DNA of 63,430 nucleotides, filler included, from Neolecta irregularis DAH-3 (Eukaryota): NCBI GenBank assembly GCA_001929475.1. It is 27 parts of 27 records of this genome, joined end to end, with 100 filler letters (N's around TTAATTAATTAA, not from the genome) between each part and the next. Parts side by side here need not be neighbours in the genome. Positions count along the whole stretch, not along the records: positions 28,231 to 29,340 come from LXFE01001934.1; positions 29,441 to 34,209 come from LXFE01001945.1; positions 34,310 to 38,476 come from LXFE01001950.1; positions 38,577 to 43,848 come from LXFE01001951.1; 23 more parts are not named here. One strand, 5' to 3'. Shown piece by piece: positions 28,960 to 42,157 of this stretch (position 1 is its first letter; each line of letters starts with the position of its first letter). The notes under the pieces were generated by a model. It saw only the letters and a program-made list of their open reading frames with translations, ran no database searches and was not told where the DNA came from. The position numbers and the translations under genes were made by a program.

Positions 28960-29140
28960 GATGGGGAGCAAGTCGTGGACATAGAGCAGCAGCTGGCGGT
29001 TTGAGGTGGGCAGCGTGCGGATGAAGCGGCGGTACTCGAGGATACGGCTTTGGTGGTCGAGCGAGACGTTGTCCAGCGGGGCTCGCATGGTGGTGTACGT
29101 AGCGGTCAACGGGCACCAGAGGCTCCGGCAGGAAGAGGAG
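28960..29140 (-). pseudogene. RhoGAP (Sac7/Bag7-like) domain fragment, GC-rich, frameshifted
   Basis: LPEPLVP in one frame and YRRFIRTLPTSNRQLLLYVHDLL in another. Confidence 0.65.
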
Positions 29141-30739
29141 TAAACGGGGGGGACCGCGCGGCGGGTGCAAGCGAGAATAAGCGAGATGCGGCAGGGCGAG
29201 GAAAGGAGGGCGGCGGCCGAACAGAGGCAGCAGCGGGTCTGAAGCGGCGTGAAGGGCAAGAGCAAATGCGATGCGGCGTAGGGCCAGGTGCGGGGCAAGC
29301 TGGCGGGATCTCGGGCAAGCATGCGCAGGGAGGCGGAGAGNNNNNNNNNNNNNNNNNNNNNNNNNNNNNNNNNNNNNNNNNNNNTTAATTAATTAANNNN
29401 NNNNNNNNNNNNNNNNNNNNNNNNNNNNNNNNNNNNNNNNTATCCCACAATTTTGCCGCGTCTATTTCATTGGGGTCCTTCGTGATTACGAGTTGGTCGT
29501 CGATAGATTCTCCAGACCACGGTGGGGCATTGAGGTAGTTGAAGGACGGCGGGTAGAAATTATTGGACAGCAGGTGCCGGGGAGACTCGTATGTTGATGA
29601 ACCCTGCGTGCATTCGGAATACCGGTTTGTAGAGGTGGCGGTGAAGCAGCAACGATTCCAAGAAAGACAATAAACGGTGTTGACAACATGTTCAGAGGAT
29701 GCAGACGACGACTGGGTTGCAAGAATAAGGAAAAAATGGCCCTCTTTTATGTGCAGACTGTCTCTACTTTTTCCGGTATGTGGCACTGAAATGATTCATT
29801 TAATTTGTGGTGGAGATTCCAGGCTAGGTACAATCTGTGGCGGAGCAGGTGAAATTTACTTGTTCTGAACAGTCTTCCGTGTCTTACTTTCCGCCACATA
29901 GATTTCTTGGATGAAATTTTCGATGGAAGAGATTGGTGCTATACGCGAACAGCAGTTTGATACATCCTCATGAAGGAGGAAGTCACTCTTCAAGGCCCAT
30001 CCGCAACACTGTATACTGATGTGTTTAGTTGCAGCCACATGTCTTCGAATTCAGATGCGTATCAGGCACAGACTTTGTGCCTTGTTTCAACGCCTCAAAT
30101 TGGTTTCAGAGGGTTGCGACATTTGGCGACGTGGCGTTCGGGAAAGATTTTCGGAAAAAACATCGCCTTGGTATCACCATCATTAATATCACTTTTACAT
30201 ACGAGGAAGCGGATGGGGTCCACAATTGAAACCCTGATGTAAGGATATACACTCGAGTAAATCCTTACCAAAGACGGAAATGGTAGGGCGGCTGATGAGG
30301 CTTGATGTTAATAGTAAATAGTGCCAGGAATGGGGAAATACTTAGCACGTCTACTTAGGCTAGTTATAACACTTGGCCTTATCGTACTTCTAAGCGCATA
30401 GCTTACACCTGAACTGATCGTTGACCTTCAAGCATGTCTGTTGATATCTCATTGCGCTCGTAACGTGCCCGACCACTGCTAGTGCTATTTCTCTCTGAAT
30501 CTTAGGGTTATGTGATTCGCCAGCAGTTATGGTGACATAGTGACCTGACCCAAACGAAACGACCAATACACGAGTGGGGTCACCCGTATCGTGCCTTTGT
30601 ATGGCAAAGTAATACCTGTACACAGTACGAAAACAGAAGAGCTGGATCAAATTGGTATTTTTGCATTTATAGAACAGAACGATACAAATTGATATTCCAC
30701 TTACTCTTCAAACTAGTAATTTATGCTTTGCCATTCAAT

Positions 30740-31382
30740 TTAAGCTGCTGCTGGTGCAGCAGTTCCAACAAACGCTTGGGTTCTCTTGTGAGCAATAGGT
30801 TTCTTCGCTGGGAACATATTTTCTGTGAAACTAATAAGTTTGACAACAGAGTTCAAGGCTGCTCCCCGGACATGTCTCGTTGGATTCTTAGGGAGATTCT
30901 TGCTAGGACTTTTGACACTATCGCTGGAACGGTTGAGACTAGCGGATTAATACCACCACTAGTTAGGAGGATATATACTTGAACATTCGAGCTCCTTGTT
31001 CGGGGAGAATTATTAGCCCTAAAGCGATTTCGCTGTCGAACAGTTTGCATCGAGCCCATCCCTCGGTACTTGGAGCGGCATTTTTGTAAATTTTGAACGA
31101 CTTTGCAACATAAAAGCTCTGGCAGCTGGTGTTGTCATTACAGATTTGAGCACATTTGGCGATAGCAATAGAAGCAGGAGAGATGCGAGATTCCTGCGAG
31201 GGCAAAGCGAATTCCACACTTTCCTCTTTAATACCGTTTGATCGGATCAAATCAAAAGATTCTTCAGTGATATGGGAGATCTCCTCGAATTGGGGGAGGT
31301 CCTTAGAATAGCCAGCAGAGTCGGGGCTATTCATCGCGAGGACGATACTGGCCAGAGCCAAGATACTAAGATGATAGTTCAT
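30740..31382 (-). CDS. Secreted PAN/apple-like family member A (C-terminally truncated or pseudogenised)
   Basis: Signal peptide MNYHLSILALASIVLA and CAQICNDNTSCQSF...CKLF. Phase-2 intron 30939-30978. The spliced frame stops at 30740, but degraded C-domain homology continues to about 30390. Confidence 0.7.
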
Positions 31383-32104
31383 GATGGTTTTGTTTGATCG
31401 AGAAGTAGATCGTCCGAAGCTTTATAACATGTCCGAGGGAAGAGATTATGAGAAAAGAGAACAGAAGTGTCGGATTCGAATGGATGTGGACACTCCTGAG
31501 TGAAACAAGGCTGCTTGTGAGATAATATCTTGGATTATGCAAAAAGAGCATGTGGCACGACGAGAGAAACAGAAATCTGGACAATGTCTCAGCCAACCCT
31601 TTTTACACTTTTCCTTTGAAATTTCTTTCGGTTTGTTGCTGGCAATTCTGCAATAGCCAAAATTGATATCATACTTCTCAACTCGTGTATTAGCTTGGAA
31701 GGAACTAGTAAATCGGGATTAGCAGGAGGCTCAATTTATTCAACGTCATTATTTTTCAGTCTCATGAGGTCTGAATTTCTGGACCGGCGGATATGGAAAA
31801 TCTCGCCTCAGTCGAACCTACTTACAGTCAAACCCGCTTATAACGAATGTGGCGTTCAAGGGTAATGCCTGTCACACGCAGGTTGTAGCTTAAGGTTTGT
31901 CGAGTTTTGTTGTAGTAGTTGTTGTTGTAATAGGCTGTTGTTTATTGGTGAGTAGGGTCATATTGGGCTTCCGGATCTCCAAAGATTGTCAAGGCGGGCC
32001 TACAGGTCTGGGGGTGAAACATGGAAAGACAGTACTTAGACAGGTGGCAGGTCAGGAGTGCCACTGCTGAGGAAGTGGCATCTCCGACTTCCTAAGTAAG
32101 AGAT

Positions 32105-32185
32105 CTATGGTAGGTAATTGAAGGCTTGCGAGTTTGCAAAGCAAAGCTTTCCGTACAGCGCGATGACAACCAAAGTCGACGACAT
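32105..32185 (-). pseudogene. Signal-peptide stub of a fourth PAN-family paralog
   Basis: MSSTLVVIALYGKLCFAN resembles MLSILMFIALCAKLSIAK (49301). The upstream ~110 bp aligns with 49302-49410. Confidence 0.7.
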
Positions 32186-32843
32186 GGTTTGTGATAAATA
32201 GAACAAAGTTCAGAGCCGGGCACCTCCTGTTTAAACACTTTTATCGACGCAAAAATATCTACGGCAAGAGTAAATGGCTGACTCTGTCTCAACATGGAAT
32301 GTGGGAAATTCGCTGGAAATTGGCTTAGTTTTGGGTGAGGCTGAACACGAATTGCCTCGCCGGACCAGCGGCAGCACAGACACAAAGGCGAAGCAGCAGC
32401 CGCGGGGGCGCGGGACATGCGGACACGTGAACTTGCAGAGCAGGGCGGGAGGGAGAGAAGCGGACGTCTGAGATAGCCAGAATTGAGATCATAGTTCTCA
32501 ACTCATATGTCCGCTTGGAAAGAACTAGCAAATCGGGATCAAAGGAGGCTCGATTATTCAACGTCAGTATTATTCAGTCTCCTGATGTCTGAATTTCTGG
32601 ATAAAGCCTGAATGTCAAATACGGATAAACTCGACTGGTCGAATCTTGTCACGTGAATCTTGTCACAAGAAAATACTATCCCTCGATAAGGGCGATTCTA
32701 ATCATCAAATCAGAGAGGCAGGACATTTGTGGATACTTGATAAAAAATTAAAAGCAAATGTCTGGTGATGCAGTATTATAGGTGTTATCAAAGCAAGAAT
32801 TTCAACTGATTCACTCGACCTGCTTCTCCACTCCTGACATCGC

Positions 32844-33345
32844 ATGTCTTCCCTAAAATCGATCACTGCTCTAAACGGGCCTCCTGCTGCCGGTCCATAC
32901 TGTCATGCTGTTGTGACTAGCGGAATGGTTTTCTGCTCTGGGCAAATCCCGGTTGACAAAGATGGGAATGTCGTTGAGGGAGATATTCAGGCGCATACTG
33001 TATGAGATTAGTCTTAAAGTCGTATCACCTGAACATATAGAAACAATGTCTTAAAAACCTTGCAATTGTTCTTCAGGCCTCCGGGTCTGATTTGAATCAT
33101 GTTGCTAAGGTAACCATCTTCTTGGCTGATATGGGAGATTTTGCTAAAGTCAATGAGACCTATGCCGAGGTAGTTTGACCCTTGCTGAACCACCTGATTT
33201 GTTTAGATTTTTGGAAGTCACAAGCCTGCCCGGTATTAGATTTGCGAGATATATAAGTTAACCAAACAGCGCGTGTGTTGCAGTCAAAACGCTTCCTAAG
33301 AATGTCGATGTCGAGATTGAATGCATTGCTGTCGTAGCACAGTGA
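32844..33345 (+). CDS. RidA/YjgF family enamine-imine deaminase (Mmf1/Hmf1-like), 3 introns
   Basis: Spliced sequence: GPYCHAV...FCSGQIP...KVTIFLADMGDFAKVNETYAE...HKPARACVAVKTLPKNVDVEIECIA. Missing from the ORF track because the exons are short. Confidence 0.93.
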
Positions 33346-33558
33346 CTGCACAACCAACGCACGTAGTATCAAACTAGATTACATAAAAGTGAATAGAATC
33401 AATCAGTCGTCATATACAAAATAGCTCGATGTTTTAATCGCAATCCCATATCTCCCGCGGGACTGTGAAAACCACTTCATTAATTTTGAAATCAAATGTG
33501 AACAAAATTCATTGAAAAAACCTCATACAAATTTCAAAGCCTCGCAAAGCTATATATC

Positions 33559-34209
33559 TTAGGCAAATGCATCATTCCGGTCTCCTTCCGTTTCCTGTTC
33601 TTCCAATCCAGTGAATGACAAAAAATGCCCTGCACGATGTGGTGCGGCATAGAAAGGAATTGGATTATCAAGTTTCATGGAAAATGGCATCTTCTCGGTC
33701 CAGGCAGCGCCTTTGAAGGCATAAGACCAAACATCGTCAGTCTGAACATCAGTATATCAAAGTCAAGAATAAACTGGACATACCGGAACAAGGAAAAACC
33801 CCATAATTCTGTTGGAAATAAGAAGTTGTAACTTATCAGCCTGGAAAAATCAGCCCTTGTTGCAGACACGTTCGACATACCATTGAAGGACTAAAACCTT
33901 GAGGGTTGCCACCCATGTCTTGATTCTTAGCACCCCACTCATAACCTTCGGGAGTGATGGCATATGCGGCTAAACTGACACTTCCGGGCGTAAATGAAAC
34001 CGTCATCGTAATAGTTCTTGCGTCCCATTCTTTGTGTTCCTTCATCAAGCGAGCATGGATTGTGGCGTCAACAGAAGAGAGATAAGGCGCTTCACTGCTT
34101 TGAGTGTGAAGCCATCCTAGTGGTTCCAGGTCCTTGAGTAGATGTTCATGCTCCGGTAGTCGATGAGGAAGTTGAACAAATCGATTGGAACCAAGTTGCG
34201 GTATCATAG
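33559..34209 (-). CDS. PRP8: Prp8 C-terminus (intact copy, 5'-truncated by gap)
   Basis: [22 protein letters not shown] and [11 protein letters not shown]...DRNDAFA*. One intron at about 33841-33880. Confidence 0.95.
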
Positions 34210-34309
34210 NNNNNNNNNNNNNNNNNNNNNNNNNNNNNNNNNNNNNNNNNNNNTTAATTAATTAANNNNNNNNNNNNNNNNNNNNNNNNNNNNNNNNNNN
34301 NNNNNNNNN

Positions 34310-34710
34310 GTGATATCGCCACCCTGGCCATCTTCCGTGTTTGATGGCATAGAATCCGGACTTGAATCGGTAGGACTAGACGTAGCAGTGGGTCTGCCAT
34401 GATGCTTGTGGCCTTTACGACCATGGTTTGGCTTCTTCGATGGTTGCGGGGTGGACGACAGCGTTGTGTTGCTAGAATTCGTCGAACTCGGTACAACCCA
34501 GGTGTGCGTTGGTAAAGGAGTTGATGCCGAAACATTTGGGCGAGCTCCTAATGAAAAATTTCCGGTCGCAACGTTATCTCCTTGCCCGATATACGGTCTC
34601 TTCTGCTGAGAGTCCCGAGACTCATCCGCTGCTTGATCGCAATTCGGCGCCGGAGCAGCCTTTACCAAGTTCCATAGGAGAGTAAGCTTGAAAAAAGATA
34701 TGAGAAGCAT
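34310..34710 (-). CDS. Secreted Ser/Thr/Pro-rich protein, paralog 1 (3'-truncated by gap)
   Basis: Signal peptide MLLISFFKLTLLWNLVKA-APAP, a QKR site and a His/Lys patch. Confidence 0.8.
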
Positions 34711-36232
34711 AAATGAGTGTCAGGTTGGTAGTTGATAGTGTAATAAGAAATCGACGATAAAAGAGTGTATGAGTTTGGAGACCGAAGAACATGGCTTTTT
34801 AAACAGTATGGGTGCCAGGAACAAATTGCCTGATTACAAACGAGAAAGGGATAGAAAATAACAGGCTACGAGGGTTGGGGATATCCGAAATTAGAGAAGC
34901 AAAGATAAATCAGTTCGCGACTAGTGCTTTCTTATCCTTCGCAAATAGCCGAATGTTATTACCACCATGTTTGTCCCTAAGATTCCGTGGAATCCCCCCG
35001 TGAATCCACTGGGGCGCGGAAATTGAGAATGCCTATATTCCAGAATTTCTGTGGAGTATACATGATTGAGACGCTCCATAAGAGATGTTTCGGGTCAAAA
35101 GACCAAGGGAATATGCCGGAACCGAGATAACTCAGTATAAAATGACAAATGCACAAGCAAATTATCCGTGATTAGTGAAACAGTTTTTTATGGCTCGGAA
35201 ATTATACAATTACAGCCTGCAGAGAGGATAATGGCGCGTAAAGATTTCCACCTGGTCAGATGGCAGTAAAGGATTGTGGTCCGTAGCAACAGGCGTTATG
35301 GGGGAATGCAAGTGAGAAGGTGAAAAATGGGCTGTTTTACAGGTGGCAAACTGCAGGCAGGGGTGAGGTTGGTAGATTTTATGAAACTCACGATTTTGCA
35401 GGTGTATAAGAACACATTGTAAATATTTGTGTAATGTTTAGCTAGCCACATAAAGGGAGAAGCTCGATCTGTTTAAAGTGAGTGAAAATTAAGACGAATG
35501 TAATGCCGAACAAGTCTGTTGTCAACAATCTTTCAAGGAAGCAAATTAGGACAAAGAGTCTGCTATTCCACCTGCTGAATATCTAGATAACTCGCTAAAT
35601 CTCCTAATCACTTGTGGGGTTATTCTTCCATTTGTACAGGACCCACATCAAAGTTTTCAAACGCAAAGTTTAATTGAATATAGAAAGTAAGAGAAAGAAC
35701 GCGACAAATTTACATATATTTTCCTTTTTTCGCTATTCCTATAAAATGAACCACTGTCATCTGGCACAACCTTTTGACGCTCACACCGACTGTGTGATTA
35801 TTGCAAAATTTTCATTCCATGCCAGTGCTACAGCACTACCTAATGCTCGCAACTTGTTGTGCTGGCCGAGACGCTACAAAGTGTTCAAAGTGCACGAAGG
35901 ATGTGACCATGTGTTTACAGAGGGAGTCATCGCTGACGCAGACCCAGTGTGACCTCATGCAATTGGTCTGAGATAGAAGGGACAGAAAGTTGCAGTATTG
36001 TCGAAGCAGTAGCGAGAATTCTTCCTTTTGTTTTGTTTCAGCTGTAGATGGTTTGGCTAATTGTAGTTTAGAATCAGTTGTAACATTGAGCGACGGAGCC
36101 TTCATTATATCAGAGGGCTGATAAGCCATTCGAATTTTCTATCTAATACTATTCCATCATCAAGATGCAATTCCAGAACGCATTTATTAACTGTGGGGGC
36201 GGGATATAGAAATTATATTGCTTATCTATCCC

Positions 36233-37351
36233 TCAAAAGTTCAAGAGCGATCGTAATCCAAAGCGTTTTGGTTTGTTTGAATCGTGATTCGCGGCGGTAT
36301 GGGGGTGGGTACGGTTATGGTGATAGTGATGGTGATGGTTATGTTGAATCTGTGGAATAAATGAGGTGGCAGTATTCCCTGTATTGGCAGTAGGGGTTGT
36401 ATCCTCACAAGACTGTGTGGGAGTAGCTGGAGACGATTGAGACTTTTTGACCAGAGGCAAACCATCATTAAGGGATCCCCTTTTATAGAGTGTTGGTTTC
36501 TTTGACTTGTGATGGTGATGGGTGTGATGATGGGGATAGGTGCCGTTAGGTTTAGAAAAGTTTGGACTGGGCGTAGGCACCGGGGAAGCAGGATACGTAG
36601 TATTGACCTTGGAGGTTGAATCATCCACACAAGGCAATGTGGGAAGAGGTGGAGATGACTGAGAGTTAGTGACCGGAGGCAAGCCAGCATTCGGGGTTTT
36701 TTCGGGTGGTGGAGAGGACGTGTTCGGGTAAAATGACGGTGTTGGGGAATCTTGCTTAGACCCGCTTCCAGAATTGTCGTTGTCCTGGTTATATCCCGAG
36801 TTTGACGGGGCAGTTGGATTAATGGTCGGGCTTGAACTGGTAGGATTAGGCCTGGGAATGACGTTACCGGGGCCATTTCCCAAGCCTGGCGGAGGAGTTG
36901 GGGTAGTGTTCAGATTTGAATCGGTAGGACTAACCACGGGGGTTTCGTTACTATGGCGAGTTCCCGAGTCTGACGGAGAAGTTGAGAGGGTCGGCGGACT
37001 TGAACTGATTGTTACCGATCCCGGCGAAAGAGAAAGAATAGGATAAGTTAGATAAAGACCGTTGCTGGTAGACGAGTCGCTACAATCGTCTTGGCCTTGG
37101 CTTGGTTGAGGGGTAGGCGACTGCGTTGTATCGCCTGAATCCTTCGAAGCAAGTTCGACCCAATTATACGATGAAAAAGTGGATCCGGAAGCTGAAGGAT
37201 TCCCGGTCGTAGTGTCATCTCGTTCCACGATATACGATCTCTTCTGTGAAGAGAACCAGTCTTCGTGCACTGCCTGATTGGAATGCGGCGCCGGCGCAGC
37301 TTGTACCAAGCTCCAGAGGAGTGTGAGTTTGCAAAGAGATATGAGAAGCAT
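36233..37351 (-). CDS. Secreted Ser/Thr/Pro- and His-rich protein, paralog 2
   Basis: Signal peptide MLLISLCKLTLLWSLVQA-APAP, three KR sites and two poly-His tracts. The upstream GTG extension in the ORF track is unlikely to be used. Confidence 0.82.
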   Translation of the reverse strand: MLLISLCKLTLLWSLVQAAPAPHSNQAVHEDWFSSQKRSYIVERDDTTTGNPSASGSTFSSYNWVELASKDSGDTTQSPTPQPSQGQDDCSDSSTSNGLYLTYPILSLSPGSVTISSSPPTLSTSPSDSGTRHSNETPVVSPTDSNLNTTPTPPPGLGNGPGNVIPRPNPTSSSPTINPTAPSNSGYNQDNDNSGSGSKQDSPTPSFYPNTSSPPPEKTPNAGLPPVTNSQSSPPLPTLPCVDDSTSKVNTTYPASPVPTPSPNFSKPNGTYPHHHTHHHHKSKKPTLYKRGSLNDGLPLVKKSQSSPATPTQSCEDTTPTANTGNTATSFIPQIQHNHHHHYHHNRTHPHTAANHDSNKPKRFGLRSLLNF

Positions 37352-38576
37352 CAAATGAATGTGAGGCTGTTTAGTAGTGGTACAAAAGGATGAGCGGAAA
37401 GTGAGTGAATAAAGATGCAAAGGAAAAAATCTTACTTTATAAACAGTAGAGAAGGTGTGTGTTCCTTGATTGCAAAGAAAGTTGCGCAAAACAGATGCAT
37501 GGGCCAAGGAAGTTTCAGCGTAGGAAGCGAGATTAAACCACATAGAATTTGCGTTTCCGGAAGGTCCGGCAAATGAAGGCCTAATAACCAGATCTGATCA
37601 TGAAATCCTTCTGGATATGCACCAGGACTCTGACTTTATAAGTCATGTCATTGATATTCGTGTAATACTGCTCGATAAAATAACTTCAACGTGACAGGGG
37701 GAACGGGATCGAAGATCGAAATCACCTAATTCAGGTGTACAAGCAAGATTACCGATGAGGGGAACTAGTAGACTAGTGCACTGAACATCCGAAATTGCTT
37801 ACTAGTCGGGAGGTAGCAGGACAATAGTTGAAGTGAGGTACGCTTAATTGACAGAATAAGCGCGAAATATTCTTTTCTTCCCTTCTTATCTAATTCTACT
37901 CACCTCCTTCTCATAGCCATCTCTGCCTCCAAATTCCTCTTTCTTCTTAGGATCTCAATCTCCCAATGATTCGCTTTGTATTACCGTCTTTACCCCTGCC
38001 TTGATATTTATCGACACAAGCATTAGGCAATAATCCGAAACCCCGCGTGATCAGTCAGATTTGGTAATCACAGGTTTTTCGGCACTAGTATAATTGAACG
38101 GGACTTTGCTATACGTAGTACTTTCCGCCTATAAGGATAGTTAGTAGACTACGCGCTGAGTCTACATTCTATTTTACATCGCTTGATCCCTTTTACCATC
38201 AGCTGTCTTTCGTCCCTTTTATACTATCAGCTACCTCGGAGAGCCGCCGGAAAATATAAATACCCTCATTATCCCAAAATATTGCACATAGCACTCTTTT
38301 TCAGCCAATATATCACCTGTAGAACCTCTCTCCTTTGACACAATATATTACATACAATCACCCCTTTACATTAGTATCAAGATATAAGTAAATAAATCAG
38401 CTTTCTGCTTGACAAGATGCTCCTAAAATACAACCTATTTGTACACGTGACTTTAATTTGACCCTTCTTTGTGACANNNNNNNNNNNNNNNNNNNNNNNN
38501 NNNNNNNNNNNNNNNNNNNNTTAATTAATTAANNNNNNNNNNNNNNNNNNNNNNNNNNNNNNNNNNNNNNNNNNNN

Positions 38577-39468
38577 GATCCCAGAGGGCTTTCGCGATCG
38601 TGCCAAAGAAAGAAATGAAGCAAATTCAGCACAGGAAACATCAAGTTCTACTATAGCCCTTGATCTCGATCTACTCAGACGCACGAAAGCAGGAGAAATT
38701 ACGACGGAGGAGCCAGCTCAAGCGGTTGAAAGTGAACCCGTGGTAGAAGAGGACTTGGAGAAGGCATTTCTCGTACCGCCAAAATTGTCCAGAAATGAAA
38801 TCCTGGCGCAGTTGAAAGATCGCCAGCCGAAACCAGGAGTGGAATCTGCAAGCGGAGAAAAGCCGGTAGATAGCTCGCGATTCAAATCGATTGAGGCACC
38901 AGCGGATATGAACGAGACACATGTGCGGATAGTAAGGGGAAAAGATGGCAAGATCAAACGCAAAATTAAGAGAATCAAAGGGGAAGAGGCTACCAAACCC
39001 ACGGTGCAAAACAATCCACCACCGGAGCCCAAGAAGCCTCTTAATATATTTGATGATGTTGGAGCTGATTACGATCCTTTTGCAGGAATGGACAACTCGG
39101 ATGGCGAGATCGATGCTGTTGTGGCACCGCAACTATCCGCTCATCCTAGCGAAGTCGTTCGGACTGCCAAAAAGCGCTCTTATTTCAAAACTGCCTCGAC
39201 TGAAGACGATGCGCAGTACGAAACGACTGTCCCGGACAAAGAAGAACTGCTCGCGGCTGTGCGCAAGGCATCCAAACTCCAGCTGCTCCAGGAGGACGCT
39301 TTGCCCGACAAGCCAAAAAAAGAGCTCTTTAGCACTGAAGCCTATGATGGAGACTACGATACGTACGGGCTAAACAGCAGTGCTGTTGATGCCGAGGAGG
39401 ACGAGGCGGGAAACCGGAAAAAGCGCCGGCGAAAACCGCGCCCGGCTGATGCCAGTGCCGAGATTTGA
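38577..39468 (+). CDS. RED/IK-like nuclear protein, 5'-truncated
   Basis: FRDRAKER...LDLDLLRR (RED_N-like), NIFDDVGADYDPF and a basic C-terminus. Confidence 0.65.
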
Positions 39469-39661
39469 AAGAAGAATGGCACCGGCATTTCTGTCGCCCG
39501 ATGACCGGATGAGACACAGTACGGCTTCGGCGTAACGTGGCTTGGAATATTGTATTTTAAGTCCTCGACTGGAGATCTCTCCGCTTTGGGGAAATTCCCC
39601 GCCCACAAATCCTCTTGTCCATTGGGGCTTCTCGCTTCTCCCCTTTAAAGACGCTTCCGGA

Positions 39662-41299
39662 ATGCACATGGCTTCCCTCTTCAGCCGCCCTCGGATGCCT
39701 TCTGACCTTGCTCTGTGTCCTGCTACTGCATCAATGACTACGCCAGAGCCTGCCGCGCTCGCCGAATCAAACGTGGTGAGTATGCGTATCCACAATCCAG
39801 TGAGTGTGTCGGGACCCCTGAATGGCGTCGTTTTGATCGCACCCGCGATCGAAAAGGTCAAGCTCGAGTTTCGCGGCATGTGCTCCACAAGGTTTGAGCC
39901 AGAGAACGTTGTGCGAGACCCAAGATTCCCAGTCAAAGTTTCCGAGCTTCGACAGGTGCGGCGCCTTCCAATGCAGGGATGTTTACGATTAACTAGTTGA
40001 TTTTCACGGAACATATCATTCACGTCCCTACGTCTGAATGTCGAGGAATCACAAACGACCTTGAAATACCATTCTCAATCGCATTCCCGCAGGACTCTCT
40101 ACTTCCACCATCAATGTCAAGTCCAGACGACGAAGCCAAAATCTTCTACACCCTTCGTGTTGAAGTGTCAAAACGGAGGAAAGGACCTCTTCTACTGTCC
40201 AAGAAGCACACTTGCTTGCAAAATGTTCAGTTGTGTCCCGAACTGGTCAAGGGAGATGTGAAAGAAAGAGATATTACTGTAGACCCAGGAAACAACTCAC
40301 AAATCAGAGTACATACTTTCTTTCCTACGTCCCACTTATTGTCAGGTACTAGTACCAGTAAAGCTGGTGCCGTCAAGTCAGCCTCACCGTATACGCGTCT
40401 TAACCCCGGAATTCCTCGTTCTCGAAGATCTGTCGATATCTCTGCGCGAGGTCACCACACTCTTTGCCCAGCAACACTCTGCAATCCTGGGAAAGCAAAC
40501 CATCGTAGCCGAAAAAGACAGCTTTGTAGAAACGACGAGTGCCGATACAGGTCAAAAATCATACTTGGTCACATTCCATGTCGACCACAAAATGGTCCAG
40601 CAGACCATCAATAGCCCTCTGATAACTCGAAACCATCTAATGAGATTGAATTTCAAATTTGAAATATCACCGGAAGGCGGCGGTGTTGGCTTTATTGATT
40701 CTGTGAGTGTCAAAATAGTCGCTTGCTGACTTCAGACTGTTTTCGACTTCCCAATTCTTGTCCAAGGAAGGCGTCTACCTCCGCCGTTACTCAATGGATC
40801 AAGGTCCGTGTTGAATACTCGTCCGAGGCCCATTTCAGTTGCATCAGGATTCGAACTTGACATCGTAAATTCCCAGCGATTTGATTTAAAGCGCCGCAAG
40901 ACATCTGCGTTGTCCCACGTTTCCGATAAGCGCAGAAGCCGGCCTCGGTCGTTTCCCGAGTCTGGCCTATTACCGGATACTGAGTTTCCTCTTACTCCTA
41001 TAACGCCCGACTATAGCAATCTACATACTGATGCAAATATTTCCTCCGAAGCACGGCAACGCCAGACATCCACTCACCTAAAGGAATACGAATTACCGCC
41101 TTCTCCCAAATCACCGCCACGATCCCTAAATTCCCACCATCGATCGAGTGTGGTTTCCGTATATAGCGAATCGAGCTGGGTGTCGTTCCCCGTTGCAAAT
41201 TCTCCCCTATTAGATTACTTGTTGCCGATCTTGGACTGGGATTGGAGAGACATTGTCGATGGCATCTACACAACCGAATCCGAGTCTGATGAGGAATAG
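39662..41299 (+). CDS. Arrestin-like protein (multi-exon)
   Basis: VKLEFRG, IPFSIAFP..LLPPSM...IFYTLRVEV, SPLITRNHLMRL, and a disordered tail. Confidence 0.65.
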
Positions 41300-41435
41300 C
41301 TATTTCATGGTTTATATATAATTATGGCGCAATTGAAAACAATTCTTGGATAAACGTGACATTACTAGGATTGATAAGAAAACAACGCCTTTGACCCATC
41401 TCGCACCTCGATTTCAACACACGATACATAAAATA

Positions 41436-42140
41436 ATGGTTCGTGGGAATGCACGAAAACCTCGACGAGGCGGTATGTGTGCCCTGGAGTCGTATTGTCT
41501 GAATATAACAGGCGGTAAATCATTTTCTAAAAATTTGAGTCGTTTAGACGATGACGGAAATCCGATTGCTGAAGAGACACCTTCTACGTGGTCGGTTCGT
41601 TGCACTTTGTCCACCGCAACATATATTCACTTTTGTTAGCGTAGAGGCGACAACGAAGATGGCAGTGATGACGAAAGTGGTTCAGATGAATCTGGGAGTG
41701 ACCAATCGTCTGAGCAAGAAGCGGGACCAAGTGATCATCAAAAGGTGGCAAAGGAGGATGTTGCCACTATTGAGATTGAAAATCCCAACAGATCGCAAAA
41801 GACGACTATGAAAGCCTCGGATATTGGGAAAAGTGATAAAGATATGTCTCGTCGTGAAAGGTACGTCATGGGTAGTGAATGTGTTAACACTCCAGAGAAG
41901 TTATTGATGCTGCTGCAGCAAAAGAAAGATACTGGTAACCAATGCAATAGAATCAGAATTGAACTCTGTAGGAAGCTTCATCAAGAAGGCAAGACAGACC
42001 AGGCAAAAGCTGATCTCGCTCGTCTTGCAATCGTTCGAAAGCAACGTGAAGAGGCCGCAGCGAGACGAAAAGTGCATGATGCAGAGAAAAAATTGGAAAG
42101 TCAAGCCAAACTTGAAAAATCTGGAAAAAAGTTCAAATAA
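41436..42140 (+). CDS. PP28/PDAP1-family heat- and acid-stable phosphoprotein
   Basis: [28 protein letters not shown] and [29 protein letters not shown]. Confidence 0.88.
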
Positions 42141-42157
42141 TGTACATCGATACCCTT

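Noticed and set aside
29486..29722. Short ORF with a signal-peptide-like start (MLSTPFIVFLGIVAA)
   Set aside because: It is only 78 aa at a contig edge, with no homology or supportable exon structure. Possible, but unsupported.
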